DNA from: an uncultured Christensenella sp.
Lineage (GTDB): Bacteria; Bacillota; Clostridia; Christensenellales; UBA3700
Direction: 5' to 3'
DNA length: 64,000 bases
Assembly (NCBI GenBank): GCA_910579785.1
Contig: CAJTVJ010000003.1
Location: 3,702-67,701, forward strand
A program made the translations under genes and the position numbers. The notes beneath the pieces are model-generated. The model was not told where the DNA came from, ran no database searches, and was given only the letters and a program-made list of their open reading frames with translations. Shown here piece by piece: positions 38,512-47,286 of the stretch (positions are counted from its first letter, which is position 1; every line of letters begins with the position of its first letter).

Positions 38512-40414
38512 AAACGGCAAAGGTGTAATGAGCATACTTGCAAGACTTGTGGGCTATATGTTCAAATACTATAAGCTTCAACTTATCGTCGTACTTATAT
38601 GTATCACTCTCAACTCCATCGCGGCGATAAGCTCTTCGATATTCATTGAGAGGATAGTCGACGACGTGATAAAGCCGGGTATTGACGGCGGTCTTGGCTG
38701 GGACGGAGTAAAGGATAAACTTTTGACCATCATCGCGATAATGAGCGGGATATACGTCGTGGGACTTATCGCATCTTTTGTATACAACAGAATAATGGCG
38801 CACGTCACGCAGGGATTTTTATTCCATATCCGCAACGATATGTTCAAGCAGATGCAGTCGCTGCCGATCAAGTTTTTTGATACGCACACTCACGGCGACG
38901 TCATGAGCGTATATACCAACGATACAGACGCAATACGTCAGTTGGTATCGCAAAGCATACCGCAGGGCTATGCGTCGTTTGTCGCAATAATCACGCTGCT
39001 TGTTGCTATGCTTATGTCCAGCATATGGATGACGTTGGTCGTGCTTGCAGGCGTTGGCGTAATGTTGATCACGATACGTCTTATCGGCGGCAAGAGCGCG
39101 AAATACTTTATGCGTCAGCAGATGGCGATAGGCAAGACCGAAGGCTTTATAGAAGAGATGATGCACGGACAGAAGGTCGTCAAGGTCTTTTGTCACGAAG
39201 AGAGCGCGAAAGCGGATTTTGACGAGATAAACGATTCGCTTTTCAAGTACAGCGAAAAGGCGAATAAGTACGCCAATATCCTTATGCCTACGCTTGGCAA
39301 TATCGGACACGTGCTTTACGTTGTCGTTGCGATAGTCGGCGGCTCGTTGGTGCTTGCAGGCGCGCGCAATCTCACGTTGACGGGACTTGCCGTCGGCAGT
39401 ATTGAGATGGGCGCTATAATAGCGTTTTTGAATATGAGCAGACAGTTTACGTTCAATATATCGCAGGTATCCACTCAGCTCAATGCGGTTGTAATGGCTA
39501 CGGCAGGCGCTGAGAGAGTATTTAAGCTGCTTGACGAAACGCCTGAAACAGACGAGGGATACGTCACGCTCGTCAATGCGGAAGAAAGAGACGGTCAGCT
39601 CGTCGAGTGCGACCGCCGCACGGGAATATGGGCGTGGAAACATCCTCACAAGGCAGAGGGAACTACGACGTACAAGAGACTTACCGGCGAGATAGAACTC
39701 AACGAGGTCGACTTTGGATACGTCGAGGATAAACTTGTCCTTCACGACGTCACCATACACGCTTCTCAGGGACAAAAGATAGCGTTTGTCGGCGCAACGG
39801 GAGCAGGTAAGACGACGATAACCAATCTTATCAACAGATTTTACGACATTGCCGACGGCAAGATACGCTATGACGGTATAAATATAAATAAGATAAAAAA
39901 AGACGACTTGCGTAGGTCTCTCGGCATCGTCCTGCAAGATACCAATTTGTTTACGGGGACAATAATGGACAACATTCGTTACGGCAGACTTGACGCGACT
40001 GACGAAGAGTGTATCGCCGCGGCAAAGCTTGCAAATGCTCACGATTTTATCACAAGGTTGCCGGGAGGTTATGACACTATGCTTACGAGCGACGGGTCCA
40101 ACCTTTCGCAGGGACAAAAGCAGTTGCTGTCTATTGCAAGAGCTGCCGTAGCCGACGCTCCTGTCATGATACTCGACGAGGCGACCTCGTCGATAGACAC
40201 TCGTACCGAGGCTCTTGTTCAGCAAGGTATGGATAGACTTATGGAAGGTAGGACGGTATTCGTTATCGCGCATAGGCTCTCCACCGTACGTAATTCCAAT
40301 ATGATAATCGTGCTTGACCATGGCAGGATAATTGAGCGCGGCAGTCATGAAGAACTTATTAGGCAGGGCGGACAGTATTATCAGCTGTATACCGGCGCAT
40401 TTGAGTTGGAATAA
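38495..40414 (+). CDS. ABC exporter half-transporter (TMD-NBD), subunit 2
   Basis: GATGAGKTT, SQGQKQL and ILDEATSS motifs. Overlaps subunit 1 by 17 nt. Confidence 0.9.
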   Translation: MARKTKNGKGVMSILARLVGYMFKYYKLQLIVVLICITLNSIAAISSSIFIERIVDDVIKPGIDGGLGWDGVKDKLLTIIAIMSGIYVVGLIASFVYNRIMAHVTQGFLFHIRNDMFKQMQSLPIKFFDTHTHGDVMSVYTNDTDAIRQLVSQSIPQGYASFVAIITLLVAMLMSSIWMTLVVLAGVGVMLITIRLIGGKSAKYFMRQQMAIGKTEGFIEEMMHGQKVVKVFCHEESAKADFDEINDSLFKYSEKANKYANILMPTLGNIGHVLYVVVAIVGGSLVLAGARNLTLTGLAVGSIEMGAIIAFLNMSRQFTFNISQVSTQLNAVVMATAGAERVFKLLDETPETDEGYVTLVNAEERDGQLVECDRRTGIWAWKHPHKAEGTTTYKRLTGEIELNEVDFGYVEDKLVLHDVTIHASQGQKIAFVGATGAGKTTITNLINRFYDIADGKIRYDGININKIKKDDLRRSLGIVLQDTNLFTGTIMDNIRYGRLDATDEECIAAAKLANAHDFITRLPGGYDTMLTSDGSNLSQGQKQLLSIARAAVADAPVMILDEATSSIDTRTEALVQQGMDRLMEGRTVFVIAHRLSTVRNSNMIIVLDHGRIIERGSHEELIRQGGQYYQLYTGAFELE

Positions 40415-40461
40415 TCGAGTAAAGGATAGATTGTCTCCTCATGGGAGAAATTTTATCAAAT

Positions 40462-40504
40462 AAATAGGACTGTACTTTATTAGAAGTACGGTCCTATTTA
40501 TTTA
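40462..40504 (+). terminator. Intrinsic terminator after the ABC exporter
   Basis: 16-bp stem AAATAGGACTGTACTT/AAGTACGGTCCTATTT (one G-U pair) followed by ATTT. Confidence 0.8.
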
Positions 40505-40512
40505 ATTCGATT

Positions 40513-40718
40513 AGACCTCTCCGCGTTGGTCGAGGTGACTAAATATTGCTTATAGCTAATCAAGCTAAGGTCATTTCGACCGTAGTGGAGAAATCTAATC
40601 CTTTTATTTTTTAATACGTTGAGACTTCTCGACTACGCTCGAAGTGACCGGATATGGCTTATTGTCAATCAAGCTTTCGCTCCTTACGACACTGTAACGC
40701 AGTGGAATGGAAAATCTC
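40513..40718. repeat. Mosaic hairpin-repeat cluster 2
   Basis: Units at 40513-40539 (rev, ACCTC/GAGGT), 40570-40596 (fwd, ATTTC/GAAAT) and 40621-40648 (rev, ACTTC/GAAGT). A truncated C-type unit sits at 40666-40718. Confidence 0.9.
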
Positions 40719-40731
40719 GACCTTGTAAATA

Positions 40732-40764
40732 AATAGGCAGATTACATTACGCTCACTGCCTATT
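40732..40764 (-). terminator. Terminator after the thiT-like gene
   Basis: AATAGGCAG-loop-CTGCCTATT with T-rich flanks. Confidence 0.65.
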
Positions 40765-40792
40765 CTTTTATTTAACGTTATCAATTCTTTTT

Positions 40793-41823
40793 TTAATCGT
40801 CGTTTCTTGGAGTATCCGTACTATCGCTTTTTTCATTGTCAGTTGGGTCGATACCTACTTTTGAATTGCTATCTGTGCTTGCGTTTGCCGAAGTCACAGT
40901 TGCAAGTCGAGCTTTCTGTTTGTTTACTATTTCTTTTACAAATGCCTTGGAGGAGAAAAGCACCATGCCGACGGCTATCGTAATTGCAATGTCGACGAAT
41001 ACAAAGGAGTTGTATCCCAAGCTGTATATGCCTACGTTGCTTTGTCCTGCTTCGTTGGCATATGCGCCAAAGGCAAAGACTCCCGACAGGAAGTGCGCCA
41101 TAAATCTAAATACGCCTACCAATAAGCCGCCCAAAAGCAACGGTATCTGCGGACATTTCTTAAAAGCTTTTATTTCAGAAAATATACCGCCCAATCCCAC
41201 GGTTGAGAATGCTATTGGATAGTCGAGTAAGAATTGCGCAGGATGGATTATAAACGGGTCCTGTATAGCTTGCAGCACTCCGTATATAGCGCCGATAAGC
41301 ACGCCTTTTTTTATGCCGAATATATATGAGAATATCAAAAGGGGCAGCAGTGATACAAGCGTCACGCTTCCGCCTTGTGGCAGTTTGAATAATCTTACGT
41401 ATGACAGGGCAAAGCTCATTGCTATACATATAGCGCCGAATGCTATCGTGCGCGAATCGAATGCAAAGCTTTGCTTTGAGCCGAGTATAAGCGTCATGGC
41501 GACAATCGTGCCGACCAAGACGACTGCGCTTATATACAGCGGAGCTTTTTTGAGGAAAGGGGAATAGTAATCGTCGCCCTTTATGTTGTCTAAGTAATAT
41601 TTGCCTAGCAGTGCAAGGCAGGCTATTGCAGCGACTGCGCAAAGAATCATTGCGACGTATATGATTATCTGCATAGTCTTTGAAGAGCGCTTTCGCAAAA
41701 ATATTAAAAACATCAGTGCAAACAGCGCGGCGAATAATGCGGTGATAGGCCAAAAGACAAGATCCGGCAAGACGTCGCCGCCAGGAGTCTTTACAGCCAA
41801 AAGCGTAAAGTGGTTGTTCATTT
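40793..41823 (-). CDS. thiT: ThiT-like ECF-transporter S component with an extra ~125-aa N-terminal 3-TM region
   Basis: The C-terminal 200 aa resemble ThiT (LPQGGSVTL...HPAQFLLDYP). The gene sits directly downstream of a TPP riboswitch. AAGGAG RBS before the ATG at 41823. Confidence 0.7.
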
Positions 41824-41848
41824 TTTGCTCCTTCTTCGCCGACAAATG

Positions 41849-41976
41849 AAAATAAAAAAACACCATGCCAAAGCCGGCAGGGTGCATAGATACTCTCGAC
41901 GCTCTTTCGTTCAAGCATTACCTTGTCCGATTCAAGTGGTATGATCTCAGCTTTTTACAGCACCCACGGCGAATAT
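41849..41976 (-). promoter_or_regulatory. TPP (THI-box) riboswitch with an intrinsic terminator expression platform
   Basis: On the minus strand: GGGUGC...GCUGAGA...ACCACUUGAAUCGGACAAGGUAAUGCUUGAACG. P1 is AUAUUC/GAGUAU. The terminator is CACCCUGCC-loop-GGCAUGGUG plus U7. GCACCC can alternatively pair with the aptamer GGGUGC as an anti-terminator. Confidence 0.85.
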
Positions 41977-42107
41977 TTAATTTTTCTATCTATAATATAT
42001 ACTGCTTTTGTCAAATTGTCAAACAAACCAACGCAATTTATAAAAATAACGGGTCGCATAAGCGACCCGTCGGTTGTTGCTTTTGACCTAATAGGTTAAG
42101 TCACGGC

Positions 42108-44093
42108 TTATTTGCAAGCGCCGTATTTGAACTCTGTCAATTTGAGTACCAAATCAACGTCGATACCGCCAAGTACGTTGAGTGGCTTGCCCTCTTCTGA
42201 TTTAGCAGTAAGAGTTACGCCGTTGGAATTAGCGGTGATTTTAGCAGTTATCGAAGAAGCTTTTCCGTCAAGGATCATGTTCTTGATAGCAGCGTCGACA
42301 GTCAAGCCGTTCTTGTCTGCCTCAACCTTTGCGTCAAGAGTGGTGTCGCCATTGTCTTTTACGACAGTCTCACCGTCTTCGCCATATTCTTTGTTTTCAG
42401 CAACAGAGAAGTTTTTGAGATCTACTGTAAGCTTGCCTGCGTTAGCTACTATGGACATATTCTTGATGACGCTGCCTATTGTTGCAATAAGCTGTGCTTT
42501 GTTATCCGCTTCGGTTTTGCTGTCAGCACTTGGTTTAATGAAACCTTTAATCGATTCTATAAATGCTCCAAGTTCCATTGGATCTTCTGCAAGCGGTTTA
42601 AGGAAAACGCCAAAGGCTTCCATAAGAGTTCCACTCAACAGGGAAGTGTCCGCAGTAAGCATTATGCTTTCATCTTCTTTGTATATGTCAATAAGAAGCT
42701 TCTTATCAGAATTCTTATCAGAGATTTCGATTTTCAATTTGTACACTACATTATTCAATACTTGTGATACAACTTCAAGTATTTTATCTGCGCTTGCGCC
42801 TTTGAGATTGGTGAAGTCGATGCCGATAAGCTGCGTAGGATCGAGATTTGCAGCAAGATTGATATTGTAATCGCCTGCCGGTATGATAAGAGACTTCTCG
42901 CCGCCGAGATTGATATTCAATTCGATGCATTTGTTAAGTTTCAATTCGCCCTTAGCGGTGAAGTTGATAGCGTTGATAGCTTTGTAGTTGCCTTGTACAG
43001 GTGTGTTTACAGGCACTTGAACGGCGTCACCGTATGCAAAGCTGAACATTACGTCAGCAGTGAAGTCTTTTGCAATATTTATTCTGATGAATTCTGTACC
43101 GTCAGTCTTATTGATTTTGAAATCTTTCTTCTTAGCGTCGAGTTTTACACCTACGCCAGAAATAGTAGCAGATTCATAAGGATTTTCTGCGCCTTTGTCT
43201 ACGCCAGCGAAGTTGAAAGTAAGATCAGCTTTCAAAGTAGGAAGGATCTCTTTAAGTTTTGTAAGGTCAAGATCAAGACCAAGTCCTTTAATGATTGTAT
43301 TGAACTCACCGGCAGCTTCGTTAATTACGCTTTCAAAATCTTTAAGAATCTTTGCAAGGTCGATTCTAAGTATGATGCTGTCTTTATTCTTTGACTCAAA
43401 TACTCTGCATGCGCCAGAAATCGTATCAACATAGCTAAATATCTTATCAAGCTCAGTTGATATGGTGTCGCTGATGCCGTTGGCAGCTTCTTCGTCAATA
43501 GAAGGATGTACTTTCTCTGGCAAGTCAGAACCAACTTTATAGTCTGGATTTGGCATATATTGAGTTCTCAAAACAGACTTGATGCTGAGGGCTTTGATTT
43601 TGAAGTATTGAGCGTTAGATCCGCTGCCGATTGCAACGTAAACGTCGCCGTTGCCGATTTGAGTAGGATCAACTTCCTCTCCCTCTGGCTTGTATTCAGC
43701 CATGTCTTTGCTATCTTCTTTATAGAAAACTGTCAAGATATTGGCATTGTCAGCAGCCTTGTCGAGTACTTGGAAACAGAAGGTGTTGGTGTTGTTGTCT
43801 TTGATGTTGAATGCGAGTTGCGCGTTCATCTTGATCAAATACGATTTTTTAACATCTCCGTATTTTGTGTCGACAGTCAATTCTGTTCCAAATTTGAGAT
43901 TGTCAAGACCGTTTTCCATAACTGTGTTATAGAGAGCCTCAGACAAAGGACTTTGAACACTGTATTCATCTTTGTTCTTTATTTCGCGATAGCCCTTCGG
44001 TACGTCGCTACAACCAGCCAAAGCTGTGACGCAAACGGTGAGGACCATTACTGCGATGAGAGCAAAAATGACAAGTTTCTTTTTGTTCTTCAT
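42108..44093 (-). CDS. Large lipoprotein (661 aa) of unknown function
   Basis: Signal peptide with an LAGC lipobox. AGGAGG RBS. I recognise no catalytic motif. Confidence 0.7.
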   Translation of the reverse strand: MKNKKKLVIFALIAVMVLTVCVTALAGCSDVPKGYREIKNKDEYSVQSPLSEALYNTVMENGLDNLKFGTELTVDTKYGDVKKSYLIKMNAQLAFNIKDNNTNTFCFQVLDKAADNANILTVFYKEDSKDMAEYKPEGEEVDPTQIGNGDVYVAIGSGSNAQYFKIKALSIKSVLRTQYMPNPDYKVGSDLPEKVHPSIDEEAANGISDTISTELDKIFSYVDTISGACRVFESKNKDSIILRIDLAKILKDFESVINEAAGEFNTIIKGLGLDLDLTKLKEILPTLKADLTFNFAGVDKGAENPYESATISGVGVKLDAKKKDFKINKTDGTEFIRINIAKDFTADVMFSFAYGDAVQVPVNTPVQGNYKAINAINFTAKGELKLNKCIELNINLGGEKSLIIPAGDYNINLAANLDPTQLIGIDFTNLKGASADKILEVVSQVLNNVVYKLKIEISDKNSDKKLLIDIYKEDESIMLTADTSLLSGTLMEAFGVFLKPLAEDPMELGAFIESIKGFIKPSADSKTEADNKAQLIATIGSVIKNMSIVANAGKLTVDLKNFSVAENKEYGEDGETVVKDNGDTTLDAKVEADKNGLTVDAAIKNMILDGKASSITAKITANSNGVTLTAKSEEGKPLNVLGGIDVDLVLKLTEFKYGACK

Positions 44094-44131
44094 AATAACC
44101 TCCTAAGTTATTTATATATTTTATTAACTTA

Positions 44132-44160
44132 ATTATATAAAACTTTTTTTATACTGTCAA
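44132..44160 (-). promoter_or_regulatory. Perfect-consensus sigma-A promoter
   Basis: On the minus strand: TTGACA, 17-nt spacer, TATAAT. Confidence 0.75.
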
Positions 44161-44228
44161 TAATTTTTTTGTTTTTTTCATCTTAAAAATCATTTTGACC
44201 TTGCTTTTTTCTGACTTATAAACTTTTG

Positions 44229-44310
44229 GTAATTAAAAGTAAATTGACTTTTAATGAATGTCAACGTAAAATTGTCGTAAATTGTCAGTAAATTAAAAGG
44301 TAATTTTTAT
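44229..44310 (+). repeat. Phased GTAAATT(G) direct repeats upstream of the Cys-rich HTH gene
   Basis: Copies start at 44229, 44239, 44266, 44277, 44288 and 44300 (period 10-12 nt). The run ends at the -35 box. Confidence 0.7.
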
Positions 44311-44338
44311 TGATATAACAGATATTATATGTTATAAT
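44310..44338 (+). promoter_or_regulatory. Sigma-A promoter
   Basis: TTGATA, 17-nt spacer, TGtTATAAT. Confidence 0.65.
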
Positions 44339-44370
44339 ATTTTCGACAAAGCGATTTGAGGAGATGATAA

Positions 44371-44715
44371 ATGGAACAAATTTGCGGAAAGAGCATTGAT
44401 TGGGTAAGAACGGGAAAAAACCTTGAATATCTGCGCAGACACAACGTTAAACTTATAAAGAAGGTGTGCGCTTATTGCAGGAGCCGAGAGGACAGCAAGA
44501 CCTATTGCGAGGGAGGTAAAAAGTGCGACACCTGCACTTTTGATATGGACAATCACATATCCCGCAGCGAACTTGCAAGGACGGTGGTAGGCTGGTCCGA
44601 TTCGCAAGTTGCAAATTGGGAAGACGCAAGGTCGGTCATATCCATCGAAGATTTATTTATCTACTGTCAGCTTTGTGAAATCACCTTAGAGGATATTCTC
44701 ATTTTTGACAAATAA
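44371..44715 (+). CDS. XRE-like HTH protein interrupted by a Cys-rich (putative Zn-binding) insertion
   Basis: ISRSELARTVVGWSDSQVANWEDARSVISIEDL matches XRE helices 2-5. The insertion is CAYC-x9-C-x5-C-x2-C. GAGGAG RBS. Confidence 0.6.
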   Translation: MEQICGKSIDWVRTGKNLEYLRRHNVKLIKKVCAYCRSREDSKTYCEGGKKCDTCTFDMDNHISRSELARTVVGWSDSQVANWEDARSVISIEDLFIYCQLCEITLEDILIFDK

Positions 44716-44720
44716 GCAAA

Positions 44721-45938
44721 TCAATAATGAGTATTTTCATTGAGTAGGGCGGGGCTTTTGCTTCCGTCCTTTTTTAGCAATATCATTGAAGATATGAAGA
44801 ATAATACCGCGAATATACTTGCGGTAGCTATGCCGCCTTTGAGTTGGAATTTAGACGCGTCGGAGACAAATCCCACTATACTGGGACCCAGCGTGCATCC
44901 TATATCGCCGCCCAGCGCCAGCAGGGCAAACATTGCAGTGCCGCCTTGCGGCAGGTTTTTTGACGCCGAATCCAAAGTGCCGGGCCAAGTTATGCTGACT
45001 GTAAAGCCGCACATAGCGCACGCAATGAGCGATACTACGGCATTGTTGCTAACTACGGCGACGATATAACATATCAAGGTGCTTGCGCCGGCTATCGGCA
45101 ACATCTTTTTAATATGTATTTTATATCCAAAAAGTCCATATAATAATCTTCCAAGTCCCATCAGCAGGGCAAAGCTGAACGGACCTATGAGATCGCCTGT
45201 CGCTTTGCTAAGTCCAAGACCTTTTTCCGCAAAGTATGACACCCACTGACTTATAGCCTGTTCGCAGGCGCCTGCGCACATGATGAGTATGATAAAGAGA
45301 TAGAGCATTTTGTTTTTAAACAAAGCTTTGAGACTCATGCTTTCTCCGCGTTGTTCGGCAAGACTTGTGCATGGAACGAAGAGGAAAAATATTCCGTTTA
45401 TTATTGGGAATATAGCAACTATATACAATAAATAGTGCCATTGAGACCTGTCAAAGAGCAAAAAGTATACGACGCTTAAAGTGACAGTCGCAAGAAAGCC
45501 AAAGCTGTAAAATGAGTGCAGCAGCGACATCTTTCCACCCTTTTGGTCGGGTATGGCTTCGACTATCGGCGAGGTTATGACTTCAATAATGCCTCCGCCT
45601 ATCGCGGTGATTATTATTGATATTATCAGCGCAGGATAAGGAGCCATTATATATGGCAGTACGCCCATTGCAATAAGCCCGACGGCAACAAATGCGTGAG
45701 ACGCTACCATTGCCGCGCGATAACCTATTTTGTCCATAAGCTTGGTGCATGCCGCGTCCATAAGAAGTTGGACTATAAACGTAAGTGTCACCAGCGCGGT
45801 AAGTTGAGTTAGGGAGATGTCAAAGCAGTCTTGAAAACTTGCAAATAAAAGCGGCGGAAGATTGATTTCCAACGCCTGGATTCCGCTTGCAACGCAACAG
45901 GAATTAAATGTATGTTTATAGCTTTTAAGTCTATTCAT
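44721..45938 (-). CDS. MFS transporter
   Basis: 405 aa with a 12-TM pattern. Confidence 0.8.
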   Translation of the reverse strand: MNRLKSYKHTFNSCCVASGIQALEINLPPLLFASFQDCFDISLTQLTALVTLTFIVQLLMDAACTKLMDKIGYRAAMVASHAFVAVGLIAMGVLPYIMAPYPALIISIIITAIGGGIIEVITSPIVEAIPDQKGGKMSLLHSFYSFGFLATVTLSVVYFLLFDRSQWHYLLYIVAIFPIINGIFFLFVPCTSLAEQRGESMSLKALFKNKMLYLFIILIMCAGACEQAISQWVSYFAEKGLGLSKATGDLIGPFSFALLMGLGRLLYGLFGYKIHIKKMLPIAGASTLICYIVAVVSNNAVVSLIACAMCGFTVSITWPGTLDSASKNLPQGGTAMFALLALGGDIGCTLGPSIVGFVSDASKFQLKGGIATASIFAVLFFISSMILLKKDGSKSPALLNENTHY

Positions 45939-46020
45939 TTATGTATTTCTCTTTTTGGCGATATTCTTTTGCTTTTCGCTTATAATATGAAATTTCCTTT
46001 TGCGTTGTTACTTGGCAAAG

Positions 46021-46529
46021 GTTGCAGGGTGTCGTGACTTTCTCCCAGACTTGTAGGTATATATTTAGTCGCCTCGACCGAAGCGGAGAGGTATCATCCT
46101 TTTATTTTTTTAATTCGTTGAGATTTCTCCGCTGCACTTCGTTTCGGTCGAAATGACTATATTTTTTGCTATGCTACAAACCATATCCAGTCACCTCGAC
46201 CGCAGTGGAGAGGTCTAATCGAGTTAAATAAGTACCGACAAAATGTAGCGTAAGCATGCATTTTCGTTTGGTCGGTAAGGGCGGAACCCGACTGCTAGAT
46301 TTTTAATCTGATGAGATTTCTCCACGCGTTACACTTCGGTCGAAATGACTTTACTATATATTAGTACCATTGTTACCTAGGATATGTTGCATTGGGAGAA
46401 GGCTCAAAGTTCCATATCCCCTACAATCTGCAACACTACGTAAGCTATGTCATTTCGACCGTAGCGGAGAAATCTCATCCGCTTATTTTTATTTACTTGT
46501 TGAGACCTCTCCGCGTTGGTCAAAATGAC
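46021..46529. repeat. Mosaic hairpin-repeat cluster 3 (largest)
   Basis: Units at 46068-46092 (fwd), 46120-46157 (rev), 46190-46216 (fwd), 46313-46349 (rev), 46449-46476 (fwd) and 46502-46529 (rev, hybrid arms). Module B sits at 46227-46294. Linker-family copies sit at 46021-46060 and 46388-46408. Confidence 0.9.
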
Positions 46530-46551
46530 TTAAAATATATTTGAGTCTACC

Positions 46552-47280
46552 TCAAAATCCGCCGCCGTTGACGGAGATAACCGCTCCGTTGACGTAACTT
46601 GACTTATCGCTTATCAGCCACACTGCGGCATTCGCCACGTCTTGCGGAGTACCTATTCTGCCAAGCGGTATGCTGTCTGTAATATCTTTTACGTCTTCTT
46701 TTGACAGGTGTGCGTTGATATCTGTATCTATAAAGCCGGGCGATATGCAGTTGACTCTTATTCCGTTGGGAGCCAATTCTTTGGATAGAGCTTTTGTAAA
46801 GGAGATTATTCCGCCTTTTGCCGCGGAGTATACGCTTTCGCAGCTTCCGCCTACTTCGCCCCATATAGAGGATACTGTCACTATATTGCCGTATTTTTGC
46901 TGCAACATTACCTTAGCGGCTTCTCTGCACAGAGTGATACAGCCTACTAAATCTGTCATTATGACTTTTTGTATGTCGCTGTCGCTGTGGTCAATGAGTA
47001 GTCCGTATGCGCCTATACCTGCGTTGGCGACGACGGCGTCGACAGATTTGTACTTTTCTTTGACGTACGTCACCGCCGATTTGATTTCGCCGGCATTAGA
47101 GACGTCGAATTTGACTGCTTCGGCAATACCTCCGTTGTTTGCAATGCTTGCGCATACTTCTTTTGCCTTTTCTTGGTTGTTGCAATAGCCTACTATGACC
47201 GCATATCCCTCTTTTGCCAGAGATATTGCAGTAGCTTTGCCTATTCCTCTTGATGCTCCCGATATAATTGCCGTTTTCAT
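46552..47280 (-). CDS. Short-chain dehydrogenase/reductase (FabG-like)
   Basis: SGASRGIGKA, NAG and YSAAK motifs; 242 aa. Confidence 0.88.
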   Translation of the reverse strand: MKTAIISGASRGIGKATAISLAKEGYAVIVGYCNNQEKAKEVCASIANNGGIAEAVKFDVSNAGEIKSAVTYVKEKYKSVDAVVANAGIGAYGLLIDHSDSDIQKVIMTDLVGCITLCREAAKVMLQQKYGNIVTVSSIWGEVGGSCESVYSAAKGGIISFTKALSKELAPNGIRVNCISPGFIDTDINAHLSKEDVKDITDSIPLGRIGTPQDVANAAVWLISDKSSYVNGAVISVNGGGF

Positions 47281-47286
47281 ACAACT

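Noticed and set aside
38819-40348. A 509-aa ORF lies on the minus strand.
   Set aside because: It is antisense to the well-supported ABC exporter subunit 2. It has no recognisable motifs and a biased composition.
41824-41914. An upstream ATG would extend the thiT-like ORF by 31 codons.
   Set aside because: The extension would be translated through the riboswitch terminator and U-run. The ATG at 41823 has an AAGGAG RBS.
44713-44723. I asked whether the 5-bp gap between the convergent HTH and MFS stop codons hides a terminator or an overlapping gene.
   Set aside because: No hairpin fits in or around the gap. It is noted only as a probable 3'-overlapping transcript pair under the HTH finding.
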